Shown piece by piece: positions 40,365 through 49,108 of a DNA stretch of 64,000 bases. The notes under the pieces were generated by a model that searched no databases, was not told the origin of the DNA, and worked only from the letters and a program-made list of their open reading frames with translations. The stretch is from positions 576,774 to 640,773 of the forward strand of contig JADJPZ010000003.1 in NCBI GenBank assembly GCA_016713025.1, in the 5' to 3' direction. How positions within the stretch are numbered: position 1 is the stretch's first letter; each line of letters begins with the position of its first letter. Made by a program: the position numbers and the translations under genes. This stretch comes from Saprospiraceae bacterium. Its GTDB lineage: Bacteria > Bacteroidota > Bacteroidia > Chitinophagales > Saprospiraceae.

Positions 40365-41177
40365 ATGCATGTAATATTTAGAATATCATTTTCAGTACTC
40401 TTCGCGATGTTTTGTCTTTTAGATGCATCGACTCAAAAGTCGTTTCAACCTAAACAAGTGGAATTCGAATGGAAAGGAATCGTATACAGAAATGAAACTA
40501 CGCTAAAAGGGACACTACACACAAATGGATATAGTATAGCTTACAATAAAGGCAAAATAAAATCTTACTATAAAACCAACTATTATCACATTGAACTCGG
40601 GCATATTTCTGATCCCAGAGAACAAAAGCAAAATAAAAATATACCTTATCAGTTCAGTAAAATCAGCAGATCATTTAAGTTTGGCAAACAAAACAGTCTT
40701 TATGTAATTCGAGCCGGCAAAGGGACAAAAACCCTTCTCACAGACAAAACAAAAAGAAAAGGGGTAGCAATCGGTTATAATTATGAAGCAGGACCAGCAA
40801 TCGCCATTCTGAAGCCATATTATCTGGAGTTGATTTATGGAGTAGAGCGGAATGGGAAATTCCTCAATGAACTTAAAGAAGAAAAATTGAACGACTCCAA
40901 TGCGGACAAGTTTCTTGATTATAACTTTATTTTTGGAGGTGGATCGCCTGGCAGTGGTTGGAAAAATATAAGTGTAGCACCCGGAATTCAAGGGAAACTC
41001 GGTCTGTTTTTTTCACTCGGTGCTTTTGAACAATATGCAAAATCAATTGAAGTAGGCATCATGGGAGACATCTATACCCGGAAAATTCCAATTATGGTTG
41101 AAACAGAAGCCATAAGCTCCAAGCCCTACTTTATAAACTTTTATGCAACTATAGAGTTTGGTAAGAGAACAAATTAA
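40365..41177 (+). CDS. hypothetical secreted protein (beta-rich)
   Basis: signal peptide; TAttTTTG box about 35 nt upstream. Confidence 0.6.
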   Translation: MHVIFRISFSVLFAMFCLLDASTQKSFQPKQVEFEWKGIVYRNETTLKGTLHTNGYSIAYNKGKIKSYYKTNYYHIELGHISDPREQKQNKNIPYQFSKISRSFKFGKQNSLYVIRAGKGTKTLLTDKTKRKGVAIGYNYEAGPAIAILKPYYLELIYGVERNGKFLNELKEEKLNDSNADKFLDYNFIFGGGSPGSGWKNISVAPGIQGKLGLFFSLGAFEQYAKSIEVGIMGDIYTRKIPIMVETEAISSKPYFINFYATIEFGKRTN

Positions 41178-41219
41178 TTTTTGATTAAAAGTTTAAATCC
41201 TCTAAAATAGCCTTCTATT

Positions 41220-42104
41220 GTGATAGAATTACCTATAATTTCTGAATTGCCTTCAATTGCTCAAAAGAAGTCAAAAAAACCCGATTGGTTACGGGTTAAA
41301 TTACCTATAGGCGAAGATTATCGCAAAGTCAGGACTCTGGTCGATCAATATAAACTTCACACCATATGTCAGAGTGGCAATTGCCCCAATATGGGAGAAT
41401 GCTGGGGAGCGGGCACCGCTACATTTATGATTTTAGGCAATGTATGTACACGCAGTTGCTCGTTTTGTGCTGTTAAAACAGGTCGTCCCCCTGAATATGA
41501 TGAGGACGAGCCACGCAGAGTTGCAGAAGCTATCTTTCTTATGGGTGTAAAACACGCCGTCATTACCTCAGTCAATAGAGACGAGCTCAAAGACAGAGGT
41601 GCTGAAATCTGGCACCAGACGGTCGTGAAGGTAAAAGAAATATCGCCCGAAACCACTATAGAAACCTTGATTCCCGATGTCAAAGCAAGCTGGGATGCCC
41701 TGGAAAGGATGATCAGTGCCGGACAGGAAGTAGTATCTCACAATATGGAAACCGTACAGGAACTATACCGGAATGTTCGCCCGCAGGCAAGATATGAGCG
41801 CTCACTGGAACAGATCAGCCGCACGAAAGCATACGGCAAAAGGACAAAATCTGGCATTATGGTGGGATTGGGAGAAACCAGAGATCAGGTATACAAAATT
41901 ATGGATGATCTGGTAGCCCATGGCTGTGATGTTTTCACTATAGGACAATACCTTCAACCAACAAAGATGCACATCGAGGTAGCGGAGTTTATACATCCTG
42001 ATATATTTGCCATGTACAAGGAAGAAGGACTGAGCCGTGGATTTATGTATGTAGAAAGCAGTCCATTAGTGAGGAGTAGTTATCATGCTGAAAGACATTT
42101 GTAA
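41220..42104 (+). CDS. lipA: lipoyl synthase
   Basis: [13 protein letters not shown] and radical-SAM [10 protein letters not shown] cluster motifs; GTG start. Confidence 0.95.
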   Translation: MIELPIISELPSIAQKKSKKPDWLRVKLPIGEDYRKVRTLVDQYKLHTICQSGNCPNMGECWGAGTATFMILGNVCTRSCSFCAVKTGRPPEYDEDEPRRVAEAIFLMGVKHAVITSVNRDELKDRGAEIWHQTVVKVKEISPETTIETLIPDVKASWDALERMISAGQEVVSHNMETVQELYRNVRPQARYERSLEQISRTKAYGKRTKSGIMVGLGETRDQVYKIMDDLVAHGCDVFTIGQYLQPTKMHIEVAEFIHPDIFAMYKEEGLSRGFMYVESSPLVRSSYHAERHL

Positions 42105-42134
42105 AAGTTTTTCATGAAAAAATCATACAATTAA

Positions 42135-42165
42135 TTGCGAAGTTAAACGAAGAATTGTACATTTG
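42135..42165 (+). promoter_or_regulatory. Bacteroidota-type promoter for tRNA-Asn
   Basis: TTG (42135..42137), 20-nt spacer, TAcaTTTG (42158..42165); tRNA starts 51 nt downstream. Confidence 0.45.
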
Positions 42166-42215
42166 CACCGCATTTGAAAAAAATATAAAGATATTACCAG
42201 AACTCAATCTCAAAT

Positions 42216-42289
42216 GCCTCCTTAGCTCAGTCGGTTAGAGCGACGGACTGTTAATCCGCAGGTCCCAGGTTCAAGTCCTGGAGGGGGCG
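42216..42289 (+). tRNA. tRNA-Asn (anticodon GTT)
   Basis: acceptor GCCTCCT / AGGGGGC (one G-U), D-arm TAGCTCAGTCGGTTAGAGC, anticodon loop CTGTTAA, T-arm CCAGGTTCAAGTCCTGG; CCA not encoded. Confidence 0.9.
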
Positions 42290-42290
42290 C

Positions 42291-42330
42291 AAAGCCTGAT
42301 CGATATTTTTCGGTCAGGCTTTCTTGTTTT
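42291..42330 (+). terminator. rho-independent terminator after tRNA-Asn
   Basis: AAAGCCTGA...TCAGGCTTT hairpin followed by CTTGTTTT. Confidence 0.6.
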
Positions 42331-42436
42331 ATAGCTGGTTATTTTATTGTTTCTTACTTTAGAGCGTGAGAAGGAAACACGTCAGGGGAAGACCCATTGT
42401 TGGGAATAATTAGGGTCTGCTGAATATGTCTTAAGA

Positions 42437-42898
42437 TCATCCGATTGCCTGAACCATCTGGGACCGCCCAGCGTAAAACGATAATAAAAATTGATTTGTC
42501 TGCAAGTTACAATTTTGCTTCAAAGCACTTAGTATGTTTTGTATCAGGCAATACAGTGCTACCCCAGCCAACTTGACCAGGTTGAGCACCAGTATGATGG
42601 TGGAAATCCATGATTCACTCGTTGAAGTCAGCATGGCTCTTATCTTGTCAAAACCATAACCCCGCTTTGCCTGACCAAACTTGCCCTCTATGGGATTTCT
42701 TTCTCCGGGTCTTACTTGATTTGACAATGCCTTCGGTCTTCCTAATGGTTTTGCTCGTAACTCTATGCCCTGCTCTTTTAGAAAGTTTCGGAATTGATGT
42801 CCGAAACTTATATGAAAACGGTGGAATGGTGCATTGTGTGACTCAGCAACAACCACAATAAAGAAGTAGTGTGCTAAAAAAGCAGAATCATATACCAA
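42437..42898 (-). pseudogene. C-terminal remnant of an IS5/IS1182-like DDE transposase
   Basis: only the tail is recognisable: FLKEQGIELRAKPLGRPK...ERNPIEGKFGQAKRGYGFDKIRAMLTSTSESWI; no N-terminal DDE region upstream. Confidence 0.6.
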
Positions 42899-43245
42899 CT
42901 TTCTCCAGTCAACAGGAAGATGTGAAGAATATCATGAAATGAATAATAGCCTTGGCAAATAAAAAATCTTAAACCTGATAACTATGCATAGAACCAAAAT
43001 ACAAATTTATGGTTAACTATGAATGCATTTCATTTTTTCGTCCTTTGCTCGACTTCTTATCAAGTTTCGTTTGTACATCGTATCTACGATGCAATGTACT
43101 CAGGCATCATGTCTGAATTGCGAAATAAAAAAATGATGATGATTACTGTGAAGCAAAAAAATGAAATACACCCTTAACTATTAACCGTTTACTATTTTAA
43201 GGGAAAGTCGTACATTGTGCCTTCATAACAGCACGACCCAAATTT

Positions 43246-44220
43246 ATGGCATCAGAGCTTGATAAAATAAAAGAACCAGTCAAAGCAGAGCTTGAAGATT
43301 TTGAAAAATACTTTAAAGACTCCATGAAAAGCTCAGTGCCACTGCTGGACAAAATCACTTACTATATCGTCCAGAAAAAAGGGAAACAGGTCAGGCCGAT
43401 TCTCGTTTTTCTGTCAGCAAGGATGTTTGGTAGAACGTCCGAATCAACAAGCGTAGCTGCTGCCTTGATAGAGCTATTGCACACTGCAACATTGGTTCAT
43501 GATGATGTAGTAGATGATTCTTATCAAAGAAGAGGTTATTTTTCAGTCAATGCATTATGGAAAAATAAGATTGCTGTTTTAGTGGGAGATTTTTTGCTGT
43601 CGCAGGGTATGAATATAGCCCTGGAATCCGGCAATTATCAACACCTTCATACAGTATCCAAAGCCATAAAACAAATGGCTGAGGGCGAACTTCTCCAGAT
43701 TGAAAAAGCCAGAAAACTGGACATCGACGAAAAAGTGTACTATGAAATTATCCGACAGAAGACTGCTACCTTGATAGGTGCTGCTTGTTCTGCAGGTGCA
43801 GCATCTGCCACTGAAGATCAGGCAATAGTCAGAAAAATGTGGACTTTTGGGGAAAAACTGGGTATAGCCTTTCAGATAAAAGATGATCTGTTTGACTACG
43901 GTGATGAGTCAATAGGTAAACCCCGAGGCATAGACATCAAGGAAAAAAAAATGACATTGCCCCTGATATATGCCTTGAACAAAGCGGAAAAATCATTAAA
44001 AAATAAAATCATCCATCACATCAAAACTGATAGTACCAATGAGTCCAAAATCAAGGAAGTGATTGACTTTGTAAAATCTATGGGCGGCCTGGAGTATGCT
44101 CAGGAAGCCATGATAAGATATCAGAATGAAGCTTTGGAAATCATCCAATCATTTCCTCAAAGTGAAAGCAGAGATCGTATGGTTGATTTAGTGTACTTTT
44201 TTACTAACAGAAAATCATAA
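43246..44220 (+). CDS. polyprenyl diphosphate synthase (IspB-like)
   Basis: first DDxxD LVHDDVVDD, second FQIKDDLFDY, KT block RQKTATLIG. Confidence 0.9.
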   Translation: MASELDKIKEPVKAELEDFEKYFKDSMKSSVPLLDKITYYIVQKKGKQVRPILVFLSARMFGRTSESTSVAAALIELLHTATLVHDDVVDDSYQRRGYFSVNALWKNKIAVLVGDFLLSQGMNIALESGNYQHLHTVSKAIKQMAEGELLQIEKARKLDIDEKVYYEIIRQKTATLIGAACSAGAASATEDQAIVRKMWTFGEKLGIAFQIKDDLFDYGDESIGKPRGIDIKEKKMTLPLIYALNKAEKSLKNKIIHHIKTDSTNESKIKEVIDFVKSMGGLEYAQEAMIRYQNEALEIIQSFPQSESRDRMVDLVYFFTNRKS

Positions 44221-44223
44221 TCG

Positions 44224-45096
44224 ATGCATCATACTATCCAAAATGACTTTTTGAAGGTGGAGATTGCAGAAGAAGGAGCTGAACTGCAAAGTATCATAGT
44301 CAAAAATACAGGTAAAGAACATCTGTGGCAAGGTGACACCACTTTCTGGCCAAGACGAGCACCGCTGCTATTTCCGATAGTAGGCAGATTGAAAAATGAT
44401 ACTATGACTTTCAAAGGAAATGAGTACAATATGCATCAACATGGTTTTGCCAGAGACCTGCATTTCAGTGTTGAAAAAATGACAGATCAAAGTATCCTCT
44501 TAACAAGTGCAAGTAGTCCGGAAACAAGACAAAAATATCCCTTTGACTGGAAGTTGGATTGTAGTTATGAGCTCGATGGCAACATGCTGAAAGCTTCTGC
44601 ATCAGTAACAAATACTTCTTCTTCAGATTTGATGTATTTTAGCATTGGATTTCATCCGGGGTTTGTATTGCCTATGGATGGAGGATTGACTTTTGATGAA
44701 TATCAGTTGTATTTCAATAAAGATCACTCAGCCAAAAGGTGGAAAATCGAAGGAGCACTGATCGGTGACGAATTATCAAACAACACCATCAATGACTATC
44801 ATATACAATTGTCATATGCTTTATTTGAGACGGACGCACTCGTTTTTAAAGGCTTAAAGAGTGATGAGATCATCATTAAAAACTCAAAATCGGATTCAAG
44901 ACTACATTTTACCTTTCAAAATTTCCCTTTTTTGGGTATCTGGACGAAGCCCGAAGCACCTTACCTTTGTCTCGAGCCCTGGCACGGGATTGCAGACAGC
45001 ATATGTCACAACGGGGATTTCACCGTCAAAGAAGGTATCCAGACACTTGATCCCAACAATACTTTTCAATGCGGGTATGGGGTGGGTTTCCATTAA
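44224..45096 (+). CDS. aldose 1-epimerase (galactose mutarotase-like) family protein
   Basis: LLFPIVGRL...HGFAR, GFHPGF, LCLEPW blocks. Confidence 0.75.
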   Translation: MHHTIQNDFLKVEIAEEGAELQSIIVKNTGKEHLWQGDTTFWPRRAPLLFPIVGRLKNDTMTFKGNEYNMHQHGFARDLHFSVEKMTDQSILLTSASSPETRQKYPFDWKLDCSYELDGNMLKASASVTNTSSSDLMYFSIGFHPGFVLPMDGGLTFDEYQLYFNKDHSAKRWKIEGALIGDELSNNTINDYHIQLSYALFETDALVFKGLKSDEIIIKNSKSDSRLHFTFQNFPFLGIWTKPEAPYLCLEPWHGIADSICHNGDFTVKEGIQTLDPNNTFQCGYGVGFH

Positions 45097-45259
45097 TTCA
45101 ATGTGTTTCAATGAAGTTCAAAGAGTTCAATGAAGGAAGTAAACGATATGATGTATCAAAAACTTTATTGTTGATCTGAAGAACCGAAAATTCGCACAGT
45201 ACTTGGTATTCTGAACTAAATTTTACCTTATTTTATTATTAATTTTAAACCAAATAAAT

Positions 45260-45445
45260 ATGGTAGAAGGTATAGTTTATATAACCGACGAGAAGGCAGA
45301 AAAGAAATTTGTACAAATCGATCTTGAAAAATATGGTGATCTGTGGCCAGATTTTTTAGACATCATAATCGCCCACTCCCGTAAAAGCGATAAGAAAGTA
45401 GCATTTAATGATGTGAAAAAACTTGTACTTGATGGTTCTTTATGA
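45260..45445 (+). CDS. small antitoxin-like protein (61 aa)
   Basis: its stop overlaps the start of a RelE/ParE-like N-terminal fragment (ATG 45432), the typical TA operon layout; the family itself is not recognised. Confidence 0.45.
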   Translation: MVEGIVYITDEKAEKKFVQIDLEKYGDLWPDFLDIIIAHSRKSDKKVAFNDVKKLVLDGSL

Positions 45446-45542
45446 AATTGTCTTTAGTGAGGGTGCTGTAAAAGACTTGTATATCTTTAATCTAAATTAT
45501 TTTCTATGCCCCATTCGTAATTCACTCATTCGTAATTCGTAA
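45432..45542 (+). pseudogene. truncated RelE/ParE-like toxin (only about 16 N-terminal residues recognisable)
   Basis: MVLYEIVFSEGAVKDL matches the usual M.YEI.FS..A.KDL toxin start, then degenerates into repetitive CATTCGTAATT sequence and stops. Confidence 0.45.
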
Positions 45543-45549
45543 TTAAACC

Positions 45550-45711
45550 TCAATACCTCCCATCCTTAATAAAAGGCAGCTTCTCCATCTTGCTCACTTC
45601 CAGATCGCAAAGCCAAAACCATCCACTACCTTGCCTAGTACGGCATAGCAACCTTTGCCCTGAAATGCATAAGCTTTCAGGCTCGGAGGGAAATGTACGG
45701 TGGCAAAGAAG
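45550..45711 (-). pseudogene. decayed duplicate of the last ~54 codons of the DnaE2-like gene
   Basis: aligns to 49097..49259 with about 22 mismatches and one 1-nt deletion (frameshift); starts at the same TCA (stop) position. Confidence 0.9.
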
Positions 45712-45785
45712 CATTTTCACAAAAGCAAACGGTAAAATTTTAAAAAATTCTCAATTAATTAAAAAAATACCCTTATCTTTGCATT

Positions 45786-45798
45786 ATCAATACCTCCC
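45786..45798 (+). repeat. 13-bp direct repeat ATCAATACCTCCC, left copy
   Basis: identical to 49096..49108, which spans the KAP stop / dnaE2 stop junction; 12 of the 13 nt also occur at 45550..45561. Confidence 0.8.
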
Positions 45799-45863
45799 GG
45801 ACCTCTCTCGTCTTTGACGATGATGTGCATTTTTGGGGGGTTTTCTTTTTTTATACTTTTGTG

Positions 45864-46802
45864 ATGGCAAAGCAAAATAAACTATCATACAATAAGCTAC
45901 CCAAATCCTTTGAAAATCAGGTAAAACTACTAAAGTCAAGAGGACTTCATTTTGAGAATGAGAAGAAAGCGGAATAGATTCTGCAGTTTGTCAGTTACAA
46001 TAGGTTAAGTAATTATTGGTATCCGTTTTTAGAAGAACCAAAGACGGAAGAAGTATTCAAACCCGAAACTTCATTTGAGTCGATATTTAGTATTTATCAA
46101 TTTGATAGTGAATTACGAACACTAACATTTCAAGCTATCGAACAAATAGAAATTGCTGTAAGAACACAAATCATTTACCATTTGTCACATAAATATAATT
46201 CCGGCTTTTGGTATGAAAATTCCGGAGCATTTAAAAATTATCCTCAATATGTAAACTTTCTTTCAAAGATTACCATCAACACTGAGGAGTCAAAGCAGGA
46301 ATTCATTTTAAAATACAAAGACAAATACCAACAATTTCTGCCACCATCCTGGAAAGCTTTTGAAATAGTAACTTTTAACTCACTACTCTTCATTTTGAAA
46401 AATGTAGCAGATTTTAAAGATATTATCCCTGTGGCCAGAAGCTTTGGATTGAATCATGAAGTTTTCATTTCATGGGTAGAAACTTTAGTGTATATCCGGA
46501 ATATTTGTGCGCATCATAGTCGATTGTGGAATATAATTTTGACGATTAGTCCTACATGGCCAAAAAGCACATCAAAAAATTGGGTAGATAGATGGGAAAA
46601 TATTCCATCGAAAACTAACACAAGAGACAAGGTGTTAAAAACATATGCCGTATTCTGTATGATAGCATATTTGCATAGTCACATTAATCCATATAGTAAT
46701 TTCAAAGCTAAGTTGAAAAAGTTAATTGAAGAATTTACAGAAGTAGATATTAAATATATGGGATTTCCAGAAAATTGGGAAACACAACCTTTATGGAAGT
46801 GA
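45864..46802 (+). pseudogene. Abi_2 (AbiD/AbiF-like) abortive-infection protein with one in-frame TAG
   Basis: ATG 45864, TAG at 45975..45977 (codon 38), same frame continues ILQFVSYNRLSNYWYPF... into ORF 46182..46802 with YIRNICAHHSRLWN. Confidence 0.8.
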
Positions 46803-46828
46803 ATTTTAGAAGTTACATAACCATTAGC

Positions 46829-49096
46829 ATGAACTTTATAAAAAAATATTTCCCAAATCTAATTGTAATATTGCTCCCATTTTTGTTAGAGCAAAAGTCA
46901 TTGTATACATTTGTTTATTGGGTCTGGGTGAAGCCAATATCGCAAAATATTTTGGATAATATCTGTATATCTGCGCTACTAATTTCAGTTATAAGTTATC
47001 TTTATTGCATCGGCTTTTTTCAACGAAAGTCTAAACTTTTGCTTACTGCTCTTTTGACTGTGATTATTATAATGGCACAGACTTGGAACTATTGGGAATT
47101 TAAGGGATATTATTGGACTATGCCATTTCTACTTTTAATCATTTATACTATTTCTGAAATAACAATTAAAAAGAAATATGAGAAAACGTCTATAACAGAT
47201 GAGTTAAATCGAGATGGTTTTGCAGCGTCAATTTTGGAAGATATTAAGTTAAAAAAAGATATTGAACGCTCTTATAATTATGGTTTAGTTGGTGAATGGG
47301 GCTCAGGCAAATCATTTTTGATGGAAATGATGTATGAAAAAATGAAAAATGAGCCTAAAACATTCATTACTTACTATTTCAAACCTTGGGAAACACCCAA
47401 TGAAAAAGAATTTGCTATACAAATCCTGAACGGAATCAAATCAAAATCCGAAAATTATGAATTTGAAACCAAGATCAACAAATTTCTTTCGAAGATAGAA
47501 ACCGATTCAAGCGACATACTTACTAAAACATTCACAACGTTCTTCTCTTGGCTCATTTCTGATGACTCGAGTATTGATGACATTAAAAAAGACCTTTCAA
47601 ACTACCTTAAAAAGAACGATAAAAGATTAGTTGTATTTTTAGACGATTTGGATAGGTTGGACCAATCAGAGATAAAAGAGTTGCTAAGATTGATGCGTAA
47701 TACTTTTGATATACCATATTTGTTTTTTATTGTTGGGTATGACAGAGAATATTTAGCAAGAACCTTACGTCTTCCTTCAGTTAAGTTTGATAACTATATT
47801 TCTAAGTTTTTTCAGGTAAGAGTTGATATTCCATTATTAAATAAAGATGATCTTTTCAAGAAATATTATAGAAATGACTTATGTCTTGTTATGGACTTTG
47901 ATGCAAATGACTTGGATGAAGAAAAAAAGAATAAAGAATTGATCTCGTCATTTTTTTTGGATAAAATCCAAACGCCAAGGGATTATGAAAATATTATATC
48001 TTCGTTTGACGTTGCCTTTCGAAACCTACGCGATAACTGTGATTGGTTTACATTATTTCAACTTGAGATACTAAGACATAAAGAGTACGACAAATATATC
48101 GAAGCGAAAAGTGGGAATTATAATTATACAGGATCAGAAGTCTTGAAACAAGCATATGGAAAGTATCCAATAAGCGATATAAAGTATCGTCACAAGTACT
48201 TTTCTTTGGTCAATGCAGCTTATGAGATTGACCAAAGAGAACTTGATAAAATCCTTTCAGAGAATGACTTAACCATTGTTGAAGAAAAATTTGAAAAATG
48301 GCTGAAGGATGGGAAATATGATGATTTAGATAAAAAATTAAAGTACTACTTTAACAATTCTGACAATTTTATTGACCCTGACTTACTTCTACTCATAGAT
48401 AGTAAGATGGCAAGTGGACCTTATTCACGACATAGTGTATATAATCCTATATTAGAATATTTACTACGAATTTTAAAACACTTAAATATACCTGATTTTC
48501 ATTACATTGCAGGAATTCATAGTAAGTTAGACAATGCGAGTAAGTTAGACAATGCCAATATTAGTCGCAATATTTCATATTTTTTAGTAGATCATATTTA
48601 TAATAATGAATTGTGTAATGAAATTATTGAAAAGTTTAACTCACTAATAGTGACAAATCAATATTATGATAATCAACTTTTTTACTTTTTACAAAATGTT
48701 GAAGTTATGCAACAAAACTTTATTGATAGAGATATTTATAGAGAATCTTTCGAAAATTATTTGAATTTCAAAAATAATTTCAAAGGAAAAATTGATCCAA
48801 TTTTAACTAATTTTGCTAGAACCGATATAGTAGAATTTCTTCAAAATTTTAGTGCGCCCATACCAAATCCTCGTGGCCCTCTATACTCCATTTATGATGA
48901 TCTTGTACCCAAATTGATCAGTTATGATGATGTTTTAAAATTGCTTATTAAAGAAAAACAAACTGATTCAGTTAAAGAATTAGTTGATTTTGTTTCAAAG
49001 TTAAAGCAGGTTGAATTAGATTATCCTCAAGGTTATTCTGTTTTTGTCCAAAACTTTACATTTAGACATAACGAAAAAATTATTGATAAATCTTAA
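46829..49096 (+). CDS. KAP-family P-loop NTPase with N-terminal membrane helices (755 aa)
   Basis: 3-4 hydrophobic helices, DELNRDGFAASILEDI, Walker A GEWGSGKS, Walker B VVFLDDLDR; 18-bp tandem duplication at 48521..48556 (SKLDNA x2). Confidence 0.8.
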   Translation: MNFIKKYFPNLIVILLPFLLEQKSLYTFVYWVWVKPISQNILDNICISALLISVISYLYCIGFFQRKSKLLLTALLTVIIIMAQTWNYWEFKGYYWTMPFLLLIIYTISEITIKKKYEKTSITDELNRDGFAASILEDIKLKKDIERSYNYGLVGEWGSGKSFLMEMMYEKMKNEPKTFITYYFKPWETPNEKEFAIQILNGIKSKSENYEFETKINKFLSKIETDSSDILTKTFTTFFSWLISDDSSIDDIKKDLSNYLKKNDKRLVVFLDDLDRLDQSEIKELLRLMRNTFDIPYLFFIVGYDREYLARTLRLPSVKFDNYISKFFQVRVDIPLLNKDDLFKKYYRNDLCLVMDFDANDLDEEKKNKELISSFFLDKIQTPRDYENIISSFDVAFRNLRDNCDWFTLFQLEILRHKEYDKYIEAKSGNYNYTGSEVLKQAYGKYPISDIKYRHKYFSLVNAAYEIDQRELDKILSENDLTIVEEKFEKWLKDGKYDDLDKKLKYYFNNSDNFIDPDLLLLIDSKMASGPYSRHSVYNPILEYLLRILKHLNIPDFHYIAGIHSKLDNASKLDNANISRNISYFLVDHIYNNELCNEIIEKFNSLIVTNQYYDNQLFYFLQNVEVMQQNFIDRDIYRESFENYLNFKNNFKGKIDPILTNFARTDIVEFLQNFSAPIPNPRGPLYSIYDDLVPKLISYDDVLKLLIKEKQTDSVKELVDFVSKLKQVELDYPQGYSVFVQNFTFRHNEKIIDKS

Positions 49097-49108
49097 TCAA
49101 TACCTCCC
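49096..49108 (+). repeat. 13-bp direct repeat ATCAATACCTCCC, right copy
   Basis: see 45786..45798. Confidence 0.8.

Noticed and set aside
45097-45259. Short TTCAATGAAG-like direct repeats after the epimerase gene
   Set aside because: There are only two or three imperfect 10-nt copies in AT-rich spacer, which is not distinguishable from chance.
45590-45817. 75-aa plus-strand ORF
   Set aside because: It lies on the decayed dnaE2 3' remnant and the promoter-like spacer. It is best explained as a chance ORF.
7227-45977. Idea that the in-frame TAA (esterase) and TAG (Abi_2) reflect stop-codon reassignment or programmed readthrough
   Set aside because: TAA, TAG and TGA all terminate well-conserved genes at the expected lengths throughout the window (gyrB and lipA end in TAA, the CocE/NonD-like gene in TAG, the alpha/beta hydrolase in TGA). 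Two isolated nonsense mutations are the simpler explanation.
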